64,000 nucleotides of DNA, from NCBI GenBank assembly GCA_026936335.1, contig JAPMXV010000043.1, positions 186,001 through 250,000 of the forward strand, read 5' to 3'. The notes beneath the pieces are model-generated. The model was not told the DNA's origin and did no database searches. It saw nothing but the letters and a program-made list of their open reading frames with translations. This stretch comes from Mantamonas sphyraenae STR306. Lineage: Eukaryota; Protista; CRuMs. Of the stretch, positions 12,023 to 23,832 are shown piece after piece. Position numbers and translations under genes: made by a program. How positions within the stretch are numbered: the first letter of the stretch is position 1; each line of letters starts with the position of its first letter.

Positions 12023-15000
12023 ATGTCCGCCTTTTCCAAACGAAGAACGGCAGACGGAAGCGGCAGGAAACGCACAGCTGGACAAGGCGCCGGTGATGGC
12101 GTCGGCTCATTCCGCGCAAAGATGGTGGCGCGGATGAAAGCCGAGGCCAGCTCAGCCAACTCGAACGCCAGCCCTGCAGGCGGCAAGGGATCACGTGGCG
12201 GCAAAGCAAGAGGCAGCGGAGGTGGCAAACAATCCACACGCGACTCTCGCGCGGGAGGCCGAGCTGGAGCTTCCGCACGCAGGAGCGGCGGCCCAGGACG
12301 TACTGCCAACCATGCACCGGCGCACGGCCGTCGACGACGTGGCCGCGACGACCAGCAGGACGGGCAGCGAGACGACGAGGCAGGCAGTGACGACGAGGCA
12401 CGTAGCCCCAGGCAAATCGGTCGACAAAGTTCAAACGACAACAACGAGGACGAACCCACGGGGGCTGCTTTGGCGCGAGCCGCCAAACGCCGCAACCTGC
12501 GCAAGGACTTTCTGGACGACGAAGACGACGCCGTGGACGAGGGAAGCGACAGTGACCAAGCCAACACCGACGGTGACAGCGACGACGGCGACATGAATGC
12601 AGACGCACCGTCCGAGGGCGGTCGCCAATCGGCTGATCAGCAAAACACCACCCTGTTTGTGAAAGGAGTCGAGGCAGGAGGCAAGCAGGGCGAAGCAGAG
12701 CTCCGCAAACACTTTGCTCGCTTCGGCAAGGTGGACACCGTCGTGTGCAGGAGCAGTGGGCCGGGCAACACGTTTGCGTTTGTCACCTTTGGTGATCACA
12801 CACCGCGGCCGAGAACGCCATCAAGCGCGGACGGCGCATGAGGGGGAACCAGAAACCACTGGATATCCGGTGGTCTCACACAAAGACAAATGCGAAGCAA
12901 CAACAGCAGGCTGGTAGCAGTGGGGACGATACGGCGAGCAACGTCCTCTTTGCTTCCGGTTGGACCCAAGACCAACACGACCAACAGACCCTGGAGGCAC
13001 ACTTTGAGCAGTTTGGCCCCGTCAAAAACGTGGCTCTGCGCGAGAAGCGAGGCCGTCACTTTGCCTTTGTCACCTTTGACGACACGGAAGGCGCCAAGCA
13101 GGCCATGGAAGAATCCGCGCCCCTGGACGGCCAAAACGTGCGTCTGGAGTGGTATCGCACCGACACGTCTGTGGGCACCCAGTCGGCAGCTGTATCCACC
13201 TCATCCGCACGACGCCAACGGAACGTGTGCCGCTACGGCGAAAAATGCACGCGCACAAACGATCCTACCCACAGGCAACGGTTTGCTCATCCACACCTTG
13301 ACGTTGATGACGAGCAGGGTGAGGACAAAGCAGATCCGCAGGACGTCCAACAGACGGATGCGGAGGACGGTGACGACGTCGACCAAATGTCCGACGATGA
13401 CGGCGACCAAGACGAGGATGACCCTTACGAAGAAGAAAACGACGATGACAGCGATACCGACGTGGGAGACAGCGGATATGAGGGCCAGGAAGACGAAGGG
13501 ATGGAATCCGACACCGCTGCATCAACAACCATGCGAGTCACCAAGCCACATGCGTCTGTATTTGACGCTGACGCCTACGACGCAAGCCTATGCGTCCTTA
13601 TCTCGGACCTCAACAGTTCTGTGGAGGGCAAGCACATCAAAGCAGCGGTTGCCCCATCGCGGCTCGCTTTCCGCATCAAGTGGATTGACGATGCCCACGC
13701 GCTGGCCATCATGCGCAGCCACGACGACCAAGCCAAAGCGCTCAGAATCTGGCCTCAGGTCCTCAATGTCAAGCCCTACCGCCCTGAAGAGTGGGGAGGC
13801 ACCGCGCAGGTCGTCAAGGTGGAGCCCACAAGCAGCAGCCGTGCACCACCTCCTACCCCTCCGTCATCCAGCCCTCCACCCTCGTCCTCCACCACAACCA
13901 CCACCGTGCCGTCGTGGATGGAAAAGGAAGCCCTCAAGGGCCAGCAGCGCATCGCATCTTCCGATCGGCCACGACCGGTGCCTGCCGCACGCGCAAAGCG
14001 CGCGTTTCCTCGCCGCTCCCTGCGGGAACTGTTTGGTGGAGACGCACAAGGGTCGTCCAAGGGCATGATCACCCTGACACGCACCCCCATGTACCAGGAG
14101 GACGCTGCATCCGGCGCCGAGGACGATGAGTGGGACAGTGAGGTCCTCGTCGGCACGTGTATGGACATGTGCCCGGAAAAAGAGATTGACGAGCGTGTGG
14201 AAGAGCGTGCTCTGGGCGAGTACGAGCGCGAGCCAGGCACGGTCGGCTCCTACGAGATGATCCCCAAGCGAGAGTGGGTCCTGAAGCGCTACGCCCGCCC
14301 TGCCGCGACAAAGAAGCTCACCGCTGACCAGGTACGTCCCATGCCTGTCCTGCAGACCGTGATGGAGTTTGTCACCAACGAGGTACTCGACAGCACACGC
14401 TATTCAGAGGCCACCAAGAACAATTTTATAGCCGACCGCCTGCGCAGCATGCGCCGCGACATCACTTGCCAGCATCTCAACAACGCCTTCAGCATCGCCC
14501 TCCTCGAGCGCATGGTGCGCTACCACATCTACATGGACCACGAACTCTGTCAGGAGCCCCCCTCCGTGTTTGATCCCACACGCTCCAAGAACTTCATCAA
14601 CGAGTGCATCACCTCCCTGATGCAGATGTACGACGACCTGCGTTCCACAGGCGCCGCAATGGCCAGCGAGCACGAAGCCGAAATCTACGCCTACTTGATT
14701 CTCCTCAAGATGGAGCGTCCCGTGCGAGCCATTCCCAACGCCGTCCGCAACGCAGGCCCCGTCCAGTTTGCCCTCCAGCTCGTCCGTGCCTATGAGAGCG
14801 GCAACTACGCACGATTCTTCAGGCTCACCTTGCAGCAAGCCACCTTTCTCCAAACATGCCTCATCGTCCGCTTCGCAAACAGCGTCCGTGGCTATGCCCT
14901 GCAAATCATGAACCGTGCCTACCGAGCAAAGCACGGCCAGCGGTTTGCCGTCGCCGACCTCGAGCGCCTCCTTTGCTTCAATGACGCCGACCACGCAGTC

Positions 15001-18000
15001 GCCTTTCTCGAGAGCCACGGCGTGTCCTGTGTCACCGCAGACGACGACAGCCAGCTCTACGCCGTCCTGGGCAGTGGCACTGTCACTCTCAACGACAAAT
15101 TCCCTCGCCGTCGCTCCAAGCTTGTCGAGTACAAGATCCCGCGAGGCTGCACCGCCAAGCAGATCATCGACGGCGGCCGCAGCATCCAGGGCGTGACCTG
15201 GGCCTCCACTGGCGGGTACTTTGGCAAACGCACCGATCTCGGCGGCACTTGCGACCTGGACTTTGCTGCTTTGCAGGATAGCCTTGCCGCAGAGCGTATG
15301 GCTCGTCTGCAGGGCAAAGCAGGCGCACATGCAATCCTCAGTGCGTCTCGCACTGAAGACGACGAAACCCGAGCAGCGCGGGCCGCAGAGAGGTTGCTTC
15401 TGCTCCAACAACGAGAAGAGGACGCGCGCCTCGCCGTGCTCATCAACAAGGCTGCCCTGCATCATGGGCAAACCGTGCTTCGACGCGCTTTTGCCGCGTG
15501 GAAGTTGTACAGGACACTTATGGCACGCCAACGCGAATTCGTGCGCCAGCAGGAGGAAGCGGCACGTATGGAGGTCGAACGTCAACGCAAGGAGAAAGAG
15601 GCGGCCGCGGAGGCTGCCCGCAAGCAGGCTCAGCGTGAAGAAGCAGCGCGTACGGCACGCCGCATGGCGTACGAGGCAGAACGCCAAGCCGTACTCCAAC
15701 AGAGAGCCACGCAGATGGAGAGCATGGCCACTGCCTTTCACCAGCTGGTGGTCCAGCAGAACGTCTTTCACGCCTGGCGCGAACAGGCAGCCTTTGAACG
15801 CAGTATGCGCCACGCACAGCAGTTTCTGTATCTCATCAAGTGGCGCAAGCGTCACGCTCTCGCCAGGCAGATTCGCCTGGAGGAGGAGCACAGGCGCGAG
15901 ATCGAGGAGGCCAAGCGGCGCAAGTTTGTCGATGCAATGTCTGGTCCGCCTCTGATCGCACGTGGCGCCCGCAGCGACGCCGTGCAGCCCATCCGCGGCA
16001 TGGAGACAGAGAGTCTCTCTGTGCGCATCAGCACACAGAGCGAGTTGGCAAACCGATCCTACTGGCGCACACGACGAAGCCTCGAGCTCGCCGAACAGAG
16101 CGTGCGCCCTCTCGATGTCGCCGGCTTGGTCCTACCTGGACTGCAGCAAGTCAACCCGCACGCACACGTCTTTGGTTGGAAGCTGCTCATGTGTTCCACT
16201 AACATGCAAGGGTTTGCATGGAACGAGCGTACAAACGTAGGCGCCACGCAGATGCACGACTGGCTGCGTTTCAAGTTTGCCCGCGGACAAACGGGATGGA
16301 CCGGCACCCAGCATGGTCGCAGTGTCGTCTTGTCCCAGTACACAGTGCGCGCGCATGACGTCCTGCGCATGTGGTCGCATCCCGCCGCCGACGACCAAGA
16401 CTCTCTGGACATGGACGACGACGACTTGGCCGATGTCGATGACGCGGCCGACATTCAACACGACACCCGTGCGCTCCACGTGTGCATCTCCTACCTCGAC
16501 GGCACTCCAGGCACCATGGCCAACCAAGCACCGTTGGAACTGCGTGACGCCGTCGTGGGCGTGGACGCCTTGCTCTTCTGCGTGGATGCACCCACCAGCA
16601 AAGGCAGCTGGTCTTACCATTGGACACAACAGCGGGTGCAGTTTGATGCCCTCGTCGCGGCCCTTCCCAAGCGCGCTCGTGTGCCCGTCGTCGTCCTCTT
16701 TGACGTCAACCCCTTCAAGGGCTTGTTTCCGGACGACTTGTTAGCCGAATGCGACACGACCAGCGACGTCGTCCTCGCTCTATGCGACCACATCGGCCTT
16801 GCCTTGGGGCTCCACGAGGCCGACCAACACGAGCGCATTACAGAGTGGCTCGTCCAATGCGTCAATGACCCCGAAGAAGAGTCGTTCGACGACGTCCTCT
16901 TTCTCAGCGACGATTCACTAGGCGATTCCCTCGCCTGGCTCGGTGACCACAGCCCCGTGCGACCCAACGTCCACGCACGCACGCTACACGACGTGCTCGA
17001 GTCCAGCGTCGACGCACACAGAGACATGTTGCTTCCTCGCGCAGCCGGCATGTCTTCCCGTATCCCTTGGGCTCACATGACCCGCGACCGCAAACACGTC
17101 CTCGGGCCTGCACACCATGTTTGGCTGTTCAACAGCGTCCTTGCAGCCGTGGTCCAGCAACAGCGCGACCAGGTGGCCCACATGCCGGCTTGGCCCGCCA
17201 CAGAGCTCTGCTCTACGCCTGACGAGTACTCTGACGCCGTGCGCGACGCACACGTTCACGGACGCACCCCTGCACAGCTGCCTCCCCACAAATGGAACAG
17301 CGTACAGCGCATGGCCCAACTGCAGGTGTTTGTCGAGCAGCTCATGTTGCCCGAGATGCAAGAGCACACAACAGGTGATGTCCTTCTTCCGGCTCGCGAC
17401 GACAACGACCCTCCCCGTCTCGACACTGCCCAACTCAAGCGAGCTCTCGAGGCCTATATTCACCGTGTGTCCAATCGTGCCGACTCGCACCAGGTTCTCA
17501 GCGACGTCATGGCCGTCGTCGATGCCATGTGCACACCGGACATCCACGACGACTCCCGCCAAGTCAATCTCGAATTGCTGTGGTATCGCATCTTCCAAGA
17601 GCTCACGTACTGGCGCCTGCAGAGCGTGCGTGCTCACGGTGACCAGCTCCTATTTGCCGTCGACTACGCGGGTGCAGACTCGGCCGCAAATCAACTCCTT
17701 CTTGCCGAAGACAGCGTCTCCAGTGCCGCCGACATGGCCTACGAAGCTGTCGACGACGTCTACGAGCGACAGGAGCAGGCTGCCATAGAGGTGTGGGCCC
17801 AGGGCCTGGCCATGAGCGAGCTGTGGTCGGTCGCCACTGAGCGCGTCCTGCGCTTCTTTCACGAGTCTCTTGATGACGTACGCGCAAAAGATGCATCGCT
17901 GAAAAGCCATGCACACGTCGTTAATGAGCGCAGAAAGCGAGACCGCGATGGCTCAGGCGGCCGACACGGCACACAAACCGACACCCTTCTCGATGACGAC

Positions 18001-18249
18001 GAACAGCTCATGCAGCAGGGCATCCACACCCTGCATGACTCGAAAAAGGCACGCCTATGGCAACAAATCGACGTCGAGGACATTGTCGAACGACGGTTTC
18101 CCCAGGAGCATAGCGAAGACGTGGCCCTGCTCAAGGCTCTTCAGAACGAGCGCCGCGAAAGCGAGCGGTACTCGCGCGAGCTGCGCCGACTCGCTGCAAC
18201 GCCGAAGGAATTGAGTGTGGAGGATGTGTTTGGACTGGAGAGGTGGTGA
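12023..18249 (+). CDS. SAC3: SAC3/GANP (MCM3AP) TREX-2 scaffold with N-terminal RRMs and a PBZ-type zinc finger; one apparent frameshift near 12800
   Basis: Two RRMs with FAFVTF RNP1 motifs. SAC3_GANP motifs LVGTCMDMCPEKE, VLKRYARPAA, VRPMPVL, FIADRLRSMRRDIT, LERMVRYHI, GNYARFFRL. Trp-containing centrin-binding-like repeats (LRRAFAAWK, VFHAWR). C-terminal LDVAGLVLP..WKLLMC. ORFs 11963-12841 and 12838-18249 join via a shift at CACACACC (12797-12804); about 2,075 aa, no introns seen. Confidence 0.88.
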
Positions 18250-18300
18250 GGGGGAGGTGTGTGAGCCACGTTCAACGCAAATGCAACCAATCCAGAACTC

Positions 18301-19783
18301 ATGCCCGAGGCCTTGTGGCCTGTTGTCCTGTGGTTCCTCTTGCTGCTCTTTTGTGCTCGCCCTGCTGCGTCATTGGCTCACCATGGCGTCCACCAAGCAC
18401 CTGGTGACACGTGCATGGCTGCCTGGTCTTGGCTGCACCCTGGACTTTCTTCGCCAGCCCGTCGCCCTGCTCACACAAGCAGGCAACGACCATCCGGACG
18501 GCTTCGTGCTAGACGTCGCTGGACAACACGTCTACATGTCCTTGCATCCCGATTGGCCCGCTGTCTTTGTGGGATCACCCGAGAGCCGTGTTTCCTTCTA
18601 CGACGCCGCAGCGGACTTCTTTGCCACCACCCTCGGCCGCGATGCCTTTGACAGCGACGGCTTGGCAGACATCCTGGAAGCACACGCATTTCCTGCTCCC
18701 CAAGAGTACCAAGAGCTTCAGAGCGACCTCACCCAGTCGCTGCTGGACGCCTGGTTCTCGGAGAAACCCGACCTTCAAGTCGATCTCTTTCAACAACTGC
18801 CTGCGCTGATTCTCGACATCAACGCCCAGTGCCTGGTTGCGTCAGAACTGTCTGCGTACACAGATCTGGGCCAGGCTGTCTTCACCATCCAGGATCTGGT
18901 CAATTCCACAAGTGTGCTTCCGCCTCTACTGGCCGCCCCCTTTCTTCGTCCCGCTCACAAGGCCCTCGACAGATTGGAAGCCATTGTGAGCGAAGTTCTG
19001 CGCCAGAGAACCGTTCCACAGCGGTACGATGTCCTCGAGATGCTTCGTGAGTACCGTACAGCCCAGGGGCAGCCGCTCACTCCGCGCCAGATCACCGTGC
19101 GTGTGTTCAGCCTACTGTACGCTGGGGGCACCTCGGTCAAGGCCTCATCGTGGATGGTCCATCTCATGCTGCGCAAGGAGAATGCAGCTGCATTGCAGGC
19201 CACTCTGGCTCAAATCCGATCCGAATGCCGCGATCTTGGCGAAGGGGACCTCGCTATCGGCCTGGACATCCTCACACACGATTTCGAAGCCATGTCCAGG
19301 CTCACATGGCTGCGTGGCTGTTTCTTCGAGACCCTGCGTCTCATGACCGGTCCGATGATGATCCGCAAAGCACGCCAAGATTTCGCCTTTCGATCGTTCG
19401 ACATTCCCCAGGGTTCCATGCTGGCGATGAGCCCTCTGCACAAACACATGGATCCTGCCGTATATCAGCAACCGGATCAGTTTCTGCCCCAGCGCTGGAT
19501 GGATGGCACCCACACACGCGGCTACGACAACCTCGCCTGGGGTGGCGGCCCACACATTTGCCTAGGAAAGCAGTTTGCCACTCTGCAGGTCTGCATGCTC
19601 ACAGTGTGGCTGTTTGCCCACTGCAAACTGAGCCTGCACCCTCGCCATGGCTCCCCCACCCCACTCTTTGCCGGCCCTGGCCTCGCGCTTCCCAATCGCT
19701 CCGCCCCGGTCCGCATCCACCACATGCGCTCGGGACCCGTGTTCCCCATGTTGGTGCTGCAACCTAACGAGGACGACAGGTGA
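18301..19783 (+). CDS. Cytochrome P450, CYP51/CYP7-clan-like; apparent extra T near 18350
   Basis: K-helix ETLR, PQRW (PERF), heme motif AWGGGPHICLG, and WLPGLGCTLDF after the anchor. Removing one T of TTTT (18349-18352) gives the anchor MPEALWPVVLWFLLLLFVLALLRHWL and about 493 aa. Fallback start is ATG 18383, which lacks the anchor. Confidence 0.9.
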
Positions 19784-19806
19784 CAAAAACTCGGCTCTGC
19801 ATTCGC

Positions 19807-22800
19807 TCATCCATCGAAATCACTGTCGCTGCCCATCAGACGCGCAAGCTTCCCCACATTGACGTTCTTGCCATTGTTGTTGTCGAAGCTCGTGTCCCAA
19901 TCACTCGACGTGTCTACGTTGCCTGCGCCATACCGTGCCAAGGTCTGCTGCCGTTCGTAAGCATCGTCCGAATCCTCGTCCGACGTGTCATCAAATTCAA
20001 ACCCGTTGCCCTGATCGTAGTTCGGCAGACCAAACTCATCGTCGCTGTCAACTGCTGATTTCTTCGCCGCAACGCCCATTCCGGCCGTCGCCACACCTCC
20101 AGCTGCCATAGCCGTCTTGTTGCTGCTCCGCTGCTGCGGCTGCACCTGCTGCTGCGGCTGGCCAAACATTCCCTCCTCCTCCTCGTCGTCGGAGTCTTCC
20201 AAGCCCAAAAAGTCCTCTTGTTGCTGCTGGTGGGCGGACTTTGGCCTCTGTTGCGCGCCTCCTCGCGTTCCCGCTGCCGAGCCTCCTCTCGCTCCTGCTT
20301 CTCACGTTGCTGCGCCTCCTGCTGCTGCTTGCGCGCGGTAGCAGGCGAGCGTCGATGGTTCTTTGGTGATCGCTTGGTCGTGCGTCGCGACGACGGCCGC
20401 AACGAAAACGGCAGCCCGCCACCAACTCCGCCCAGCATGTCGTCGTCGTCAGAGCTTGAGCTGGACGATCCGGACGAGCCCTGCGACAGGAACGAACGTG
20501 CGCCTGGAGTTGCAGGCGTGCTGCTCGTCATGGATGTGTTGGTGCCGCTCCGCATAGGCTTAGTCGGTGCCCTCTCTGTCTGCGCACCCGTACCGTTGGT
20601 GCTGTACTCCACCCTCCGCTGCGGATCCTCGATGGAGCTTTGGTCCAGCGAAGCCAGCGGTTGATGCTTGTCCTCAGCCTGCTCCAGCGATCCAAGAACG
20701 TTCTCCAAAAACTGCCGGATCTTCTGCGTCGCAACTTGACGCTCATCCTCCGCCACACTGGCCGGAATCAAAAACGTGCTGAATGTGTCTGCGATCTGAT
20801 GCTTGCGCATGATACCTCGTACCTGCAAGAACTCCATGTGGCGACACAACAGCCGCCACAGCGACAACGCCTCTGCGTCCAAGTACTCTTCGATCTTTTC
20901 CGCCCGTGTGTCGATGTGTGGCACCAGCACGGTCATCAGGAACGAACTCGAAATCAAACCCATCGGGTAGTGATGGATCATTGTCGCCAGCACGTCACAG
21001 TACACATCGAGCGCCATCTCGGGCAACGGTTCTCCCTCGCGCAGCGCGTCGATAACCAACATGCGCTCGTCCATGTCCACCTCCACCCCATAGTTGTCCA
21101 ATGCGTTGTCGGCCGTGATGTCCCTCTCGATACGCTCGATCACAGCCTCCCACGACTCCGGCGAGTTCAAGTCCGGTTCCCCTGGTGCGCTTGGCTCCAT
21201 CCTCGCCGCCTCCACACTTGCCCGTGTGCTCGCACGTCGCACGCCGTGTGTGTCAATCAGAAGCTCTTCTAGCGCTTGCAGCGGGATGTTGTACCGGTCT
21301 ACCGCGCCCGTGCTGAACGACTCCAGCACGTCTTCTCTCACATCCAGTCCTCGCATCTGCTGTACCATCGCGTACAGCACACCATGTACCAACTCTTCCA
21401 GCAGGAACGAGTACTGGCGCTGGTCGTCCTGGCTCATGCCGGCAAGCTTTTCCGCGCTCGGCACCTTGTCTTTTCGCCTGGTTTGCACCTCCTGCTCCAG
21501 CACTGTTTCCCAGAACGCCAGCGACTGCACGCACGCCGCCCCACTCAACTCCAGAGCCAGAGTACGTGCAGGCGCATGCACCAGGTGCAGCACGCCTGAA
21601 ATGTTCAAACAACGGTACGCGAGCGCGTGTTCTTGTTTGACCCACAGCAGTTCCATCGCCGTCTTGGCCATTTCTGTCAGCGTATCAAACACCTGACGCA
21701 TGCATTCCGGAGTCGACCGTCGTCCCTCCAGCACGCGCACCAGCTGCTCCGCAGCAGCCACCTCCGACCCCAGCAGCGCGCATACACGCTCCCGATGTTC
21801 GCTTTCCAGACCTCCGCTCACAACCAACCGGTTCACCTGGTGTCGCACATAGTCTGGCGTAGACACGCTTCCTGCACTTCCCGGGGTGTTGCCCTGTTGC
21901 CCTTGTTGTTGTTTCTGCTTCGGCGTGCGATCCCACTCCGCTTCCTCCTCGCCCGACTGCGCCCGAGCCAGGTCCTGGTCCATCGAGAAACGTACCTGGC
22001 TGCCTGCACTCTGCGGTCGCTGCTGCTGTTGCTGCTGCTGCTGCTGCCGCGGACTGGCCTTTGGGGACTCGGATTGTTTCGGACTCATCGCGTAAGGACT
22101 TGTTGCCGTTGCTAGAGCTGCATACGACCCTCCACTGGTAGCTCCTGAGGTCGACGTGTCCACACGCAGAGTCTGTTGCGGTGTACGCTCGCCACCCGAC
22201 GAACGCCGCGACGACGACCCAGAGCCCGCCGATGGCCTACGCTGCTGCTGCTCAGCGTACGGGGAGCGCGACGACCCCGACAAGGAGCCCGACCTTCCCT
22301 GCTGCTGCAGCTGCGCGTTGCTGCGCTCATTGTCTGCAAACATGTGCTGCACGTTGGCCATCAGAGTCTCTTCAAACTGCTCCCTTGCCCTTTCCAGCTC
22401 CTCTTCGTCCAGCGACTTGTTCGTCTCCTCCCATTCGGCACGTGCTTTGTCCATCTGCTCCCGCAGCCGCGTCTCCTGCTCCACCGCTTGCCGCTCCATC
22501 TTCTGCCGCACCATCTCCCTTTGGATCGCCTCTTTGTTGTGCTGCTCCGTCATCACCAGAAGCCGCTGTCGCACACGGGATTTTTCCGCCTCCAGCAACA
22601 TCTCCTTCTGAAAGTTGTGCTGTGCCTGCACACGCTGCCGATCCAGCTCTCGCATCTTGGCCTCCATCTTTTGGATGTTTGCCACTTCCTGCATCTTCAT
22701 CTGCGCCTGCCACTCTGGGTACTCCTGCTCAATCACGTCCATGTATCGTTGCTGTGGCACGCGTGAGTCGCGTGCGTGTCCTGTCTCTCGTTCCACTCAC

Positions 22801-23278
22801 TTTTGCCCCGCGAAAAGACATGGAGCCGTTTGCTAAATTTGGCGCGCTTGCGCTCTTGCGCCCTTGTTCCGACCTCGCCCGTTGCGACTTACCTTCATCT
22901 TGCGGATCTTGTCCCGTCCACGCCCTTTATCAATGTTTTTCTGTCGCTCCGAGGCGCGTGCCAAGGACGATTCTACGCGTGCAAGCAGGTGCTTGTTTCG
23001 CTCTTCGGCCTCCACCGCCTGCTTTTCCAGCGTCCGCGCTCGACGCCGCAGCGTACTCGCTCGGTAGTTGTTCAGCGACGACGAGTGCGTCATTCGACGC
23101 TGGTGTCGGTGTTCCAGCTGTTGCTTTCGTGTTTCCCTGCATACATCCACTCTGTCAGCCTGGGTCACCGGTAAAGCGGTGGCTGCTTGTTCGACGCCTT
23201 TCAATTCAAAAACACGACGCCGTCTCCAACAACCTACAGTTCCTCAACTCGCCGCTCCAGCTTCGACATGCTCGCCAT
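19807..23278 (-). CDS. Coiled-coil protein with Kizuna-like N-terminus, SBF2-like domain and degenerate RhoGAP-like domain; frameshift near 20255
   Basis: Exons 23278-23238, 23136-22893 and 22751-19807 (GTAGGT..CAG and GTAAGT..CAG introns, in phase). The main ORF 19914-22796 degrades after EEAR, while the alternative frame continues QQRPKSAHQQQQEDFLGLEDSDD to the stop at 19807. About 1,076 aa. The domain calls are by-eye resemblance only. Confidence 0.7.
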
Positions 23279-23383
23279 ATGCTGCGGGTTTGCATGCCCC
23301 AATGCCAACAGCTGCTGATGCCGATGCGTCCCGTTCCAAGACATTCCAGAAAACTCGTTTTGTGTCCCTTGGCGCGCGACCTC

Positions 23384-23478
23384 CCGCGTGCCACGTTCAT
23401 TGATTCGTGAATCCCAAAGCAGGTCACTCTCTCGGCTACACACGCACCTCACAAACACGTGCTTTCCGCGTGCCACGT
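23384..23478. promoter_or_regulatory. Duplicated 13-bp motif CCGCGTGCCACGT in the largest (divergent) intergenic spacer
   Basis: Exact copies at 23384-23396 and 23466-23478 containing a CCACGT (G-box/bZIP-like) core. Function is inferred only. Confidence 0.4.
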
Positions 23479-23832
23479 CCTGGAGAGCTCCCCGGGGGGA
23501 TTCTCCGGCTCCTTCACAGCCGCCCGGCCAAAACCGCCCCCGCCACCACAATGGCCATGACAACGAGCCAGCAAATGCAATAGGGCCCCCAATTGCGCGC
23601 ATATCACTCAATTTCTGCCCACACACAACTCGCCGTGCATCTTGGAGACCCATGCTCGTCGAAAGTATACCGGGGTCTTTTGTCACTGGCAACAGGCTCT
23701 CTGTGTCGCGTGCCGCCTTGCCTCGCTTTCCCTCTGCAACATCTTCCCCGGATCCTCGCATTGTGATGGTCCTCTCGCTCTCTCTCTCCTGCTTGCCCCC
23801 GCACGCGCAGCTGCAACCACAAACAATCCACG

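Noticed and set aside
20248-20305. GTGAG..CAG intron as an explanation of the 20255 frame break
   Set aside because: 58 nt gives the wrong phase, and the sequence reads as coding EKQEREEAR coiled coil.
23482-23680. Possible RNase MRP/P RNA (GAGAGCTCCCCGG ... ACCGGGGTCT) or snRNA
   Set aside because: Only loose resemblance to the P4 consensus, and other conserved regions were not found. Not called without a covariance-model search.
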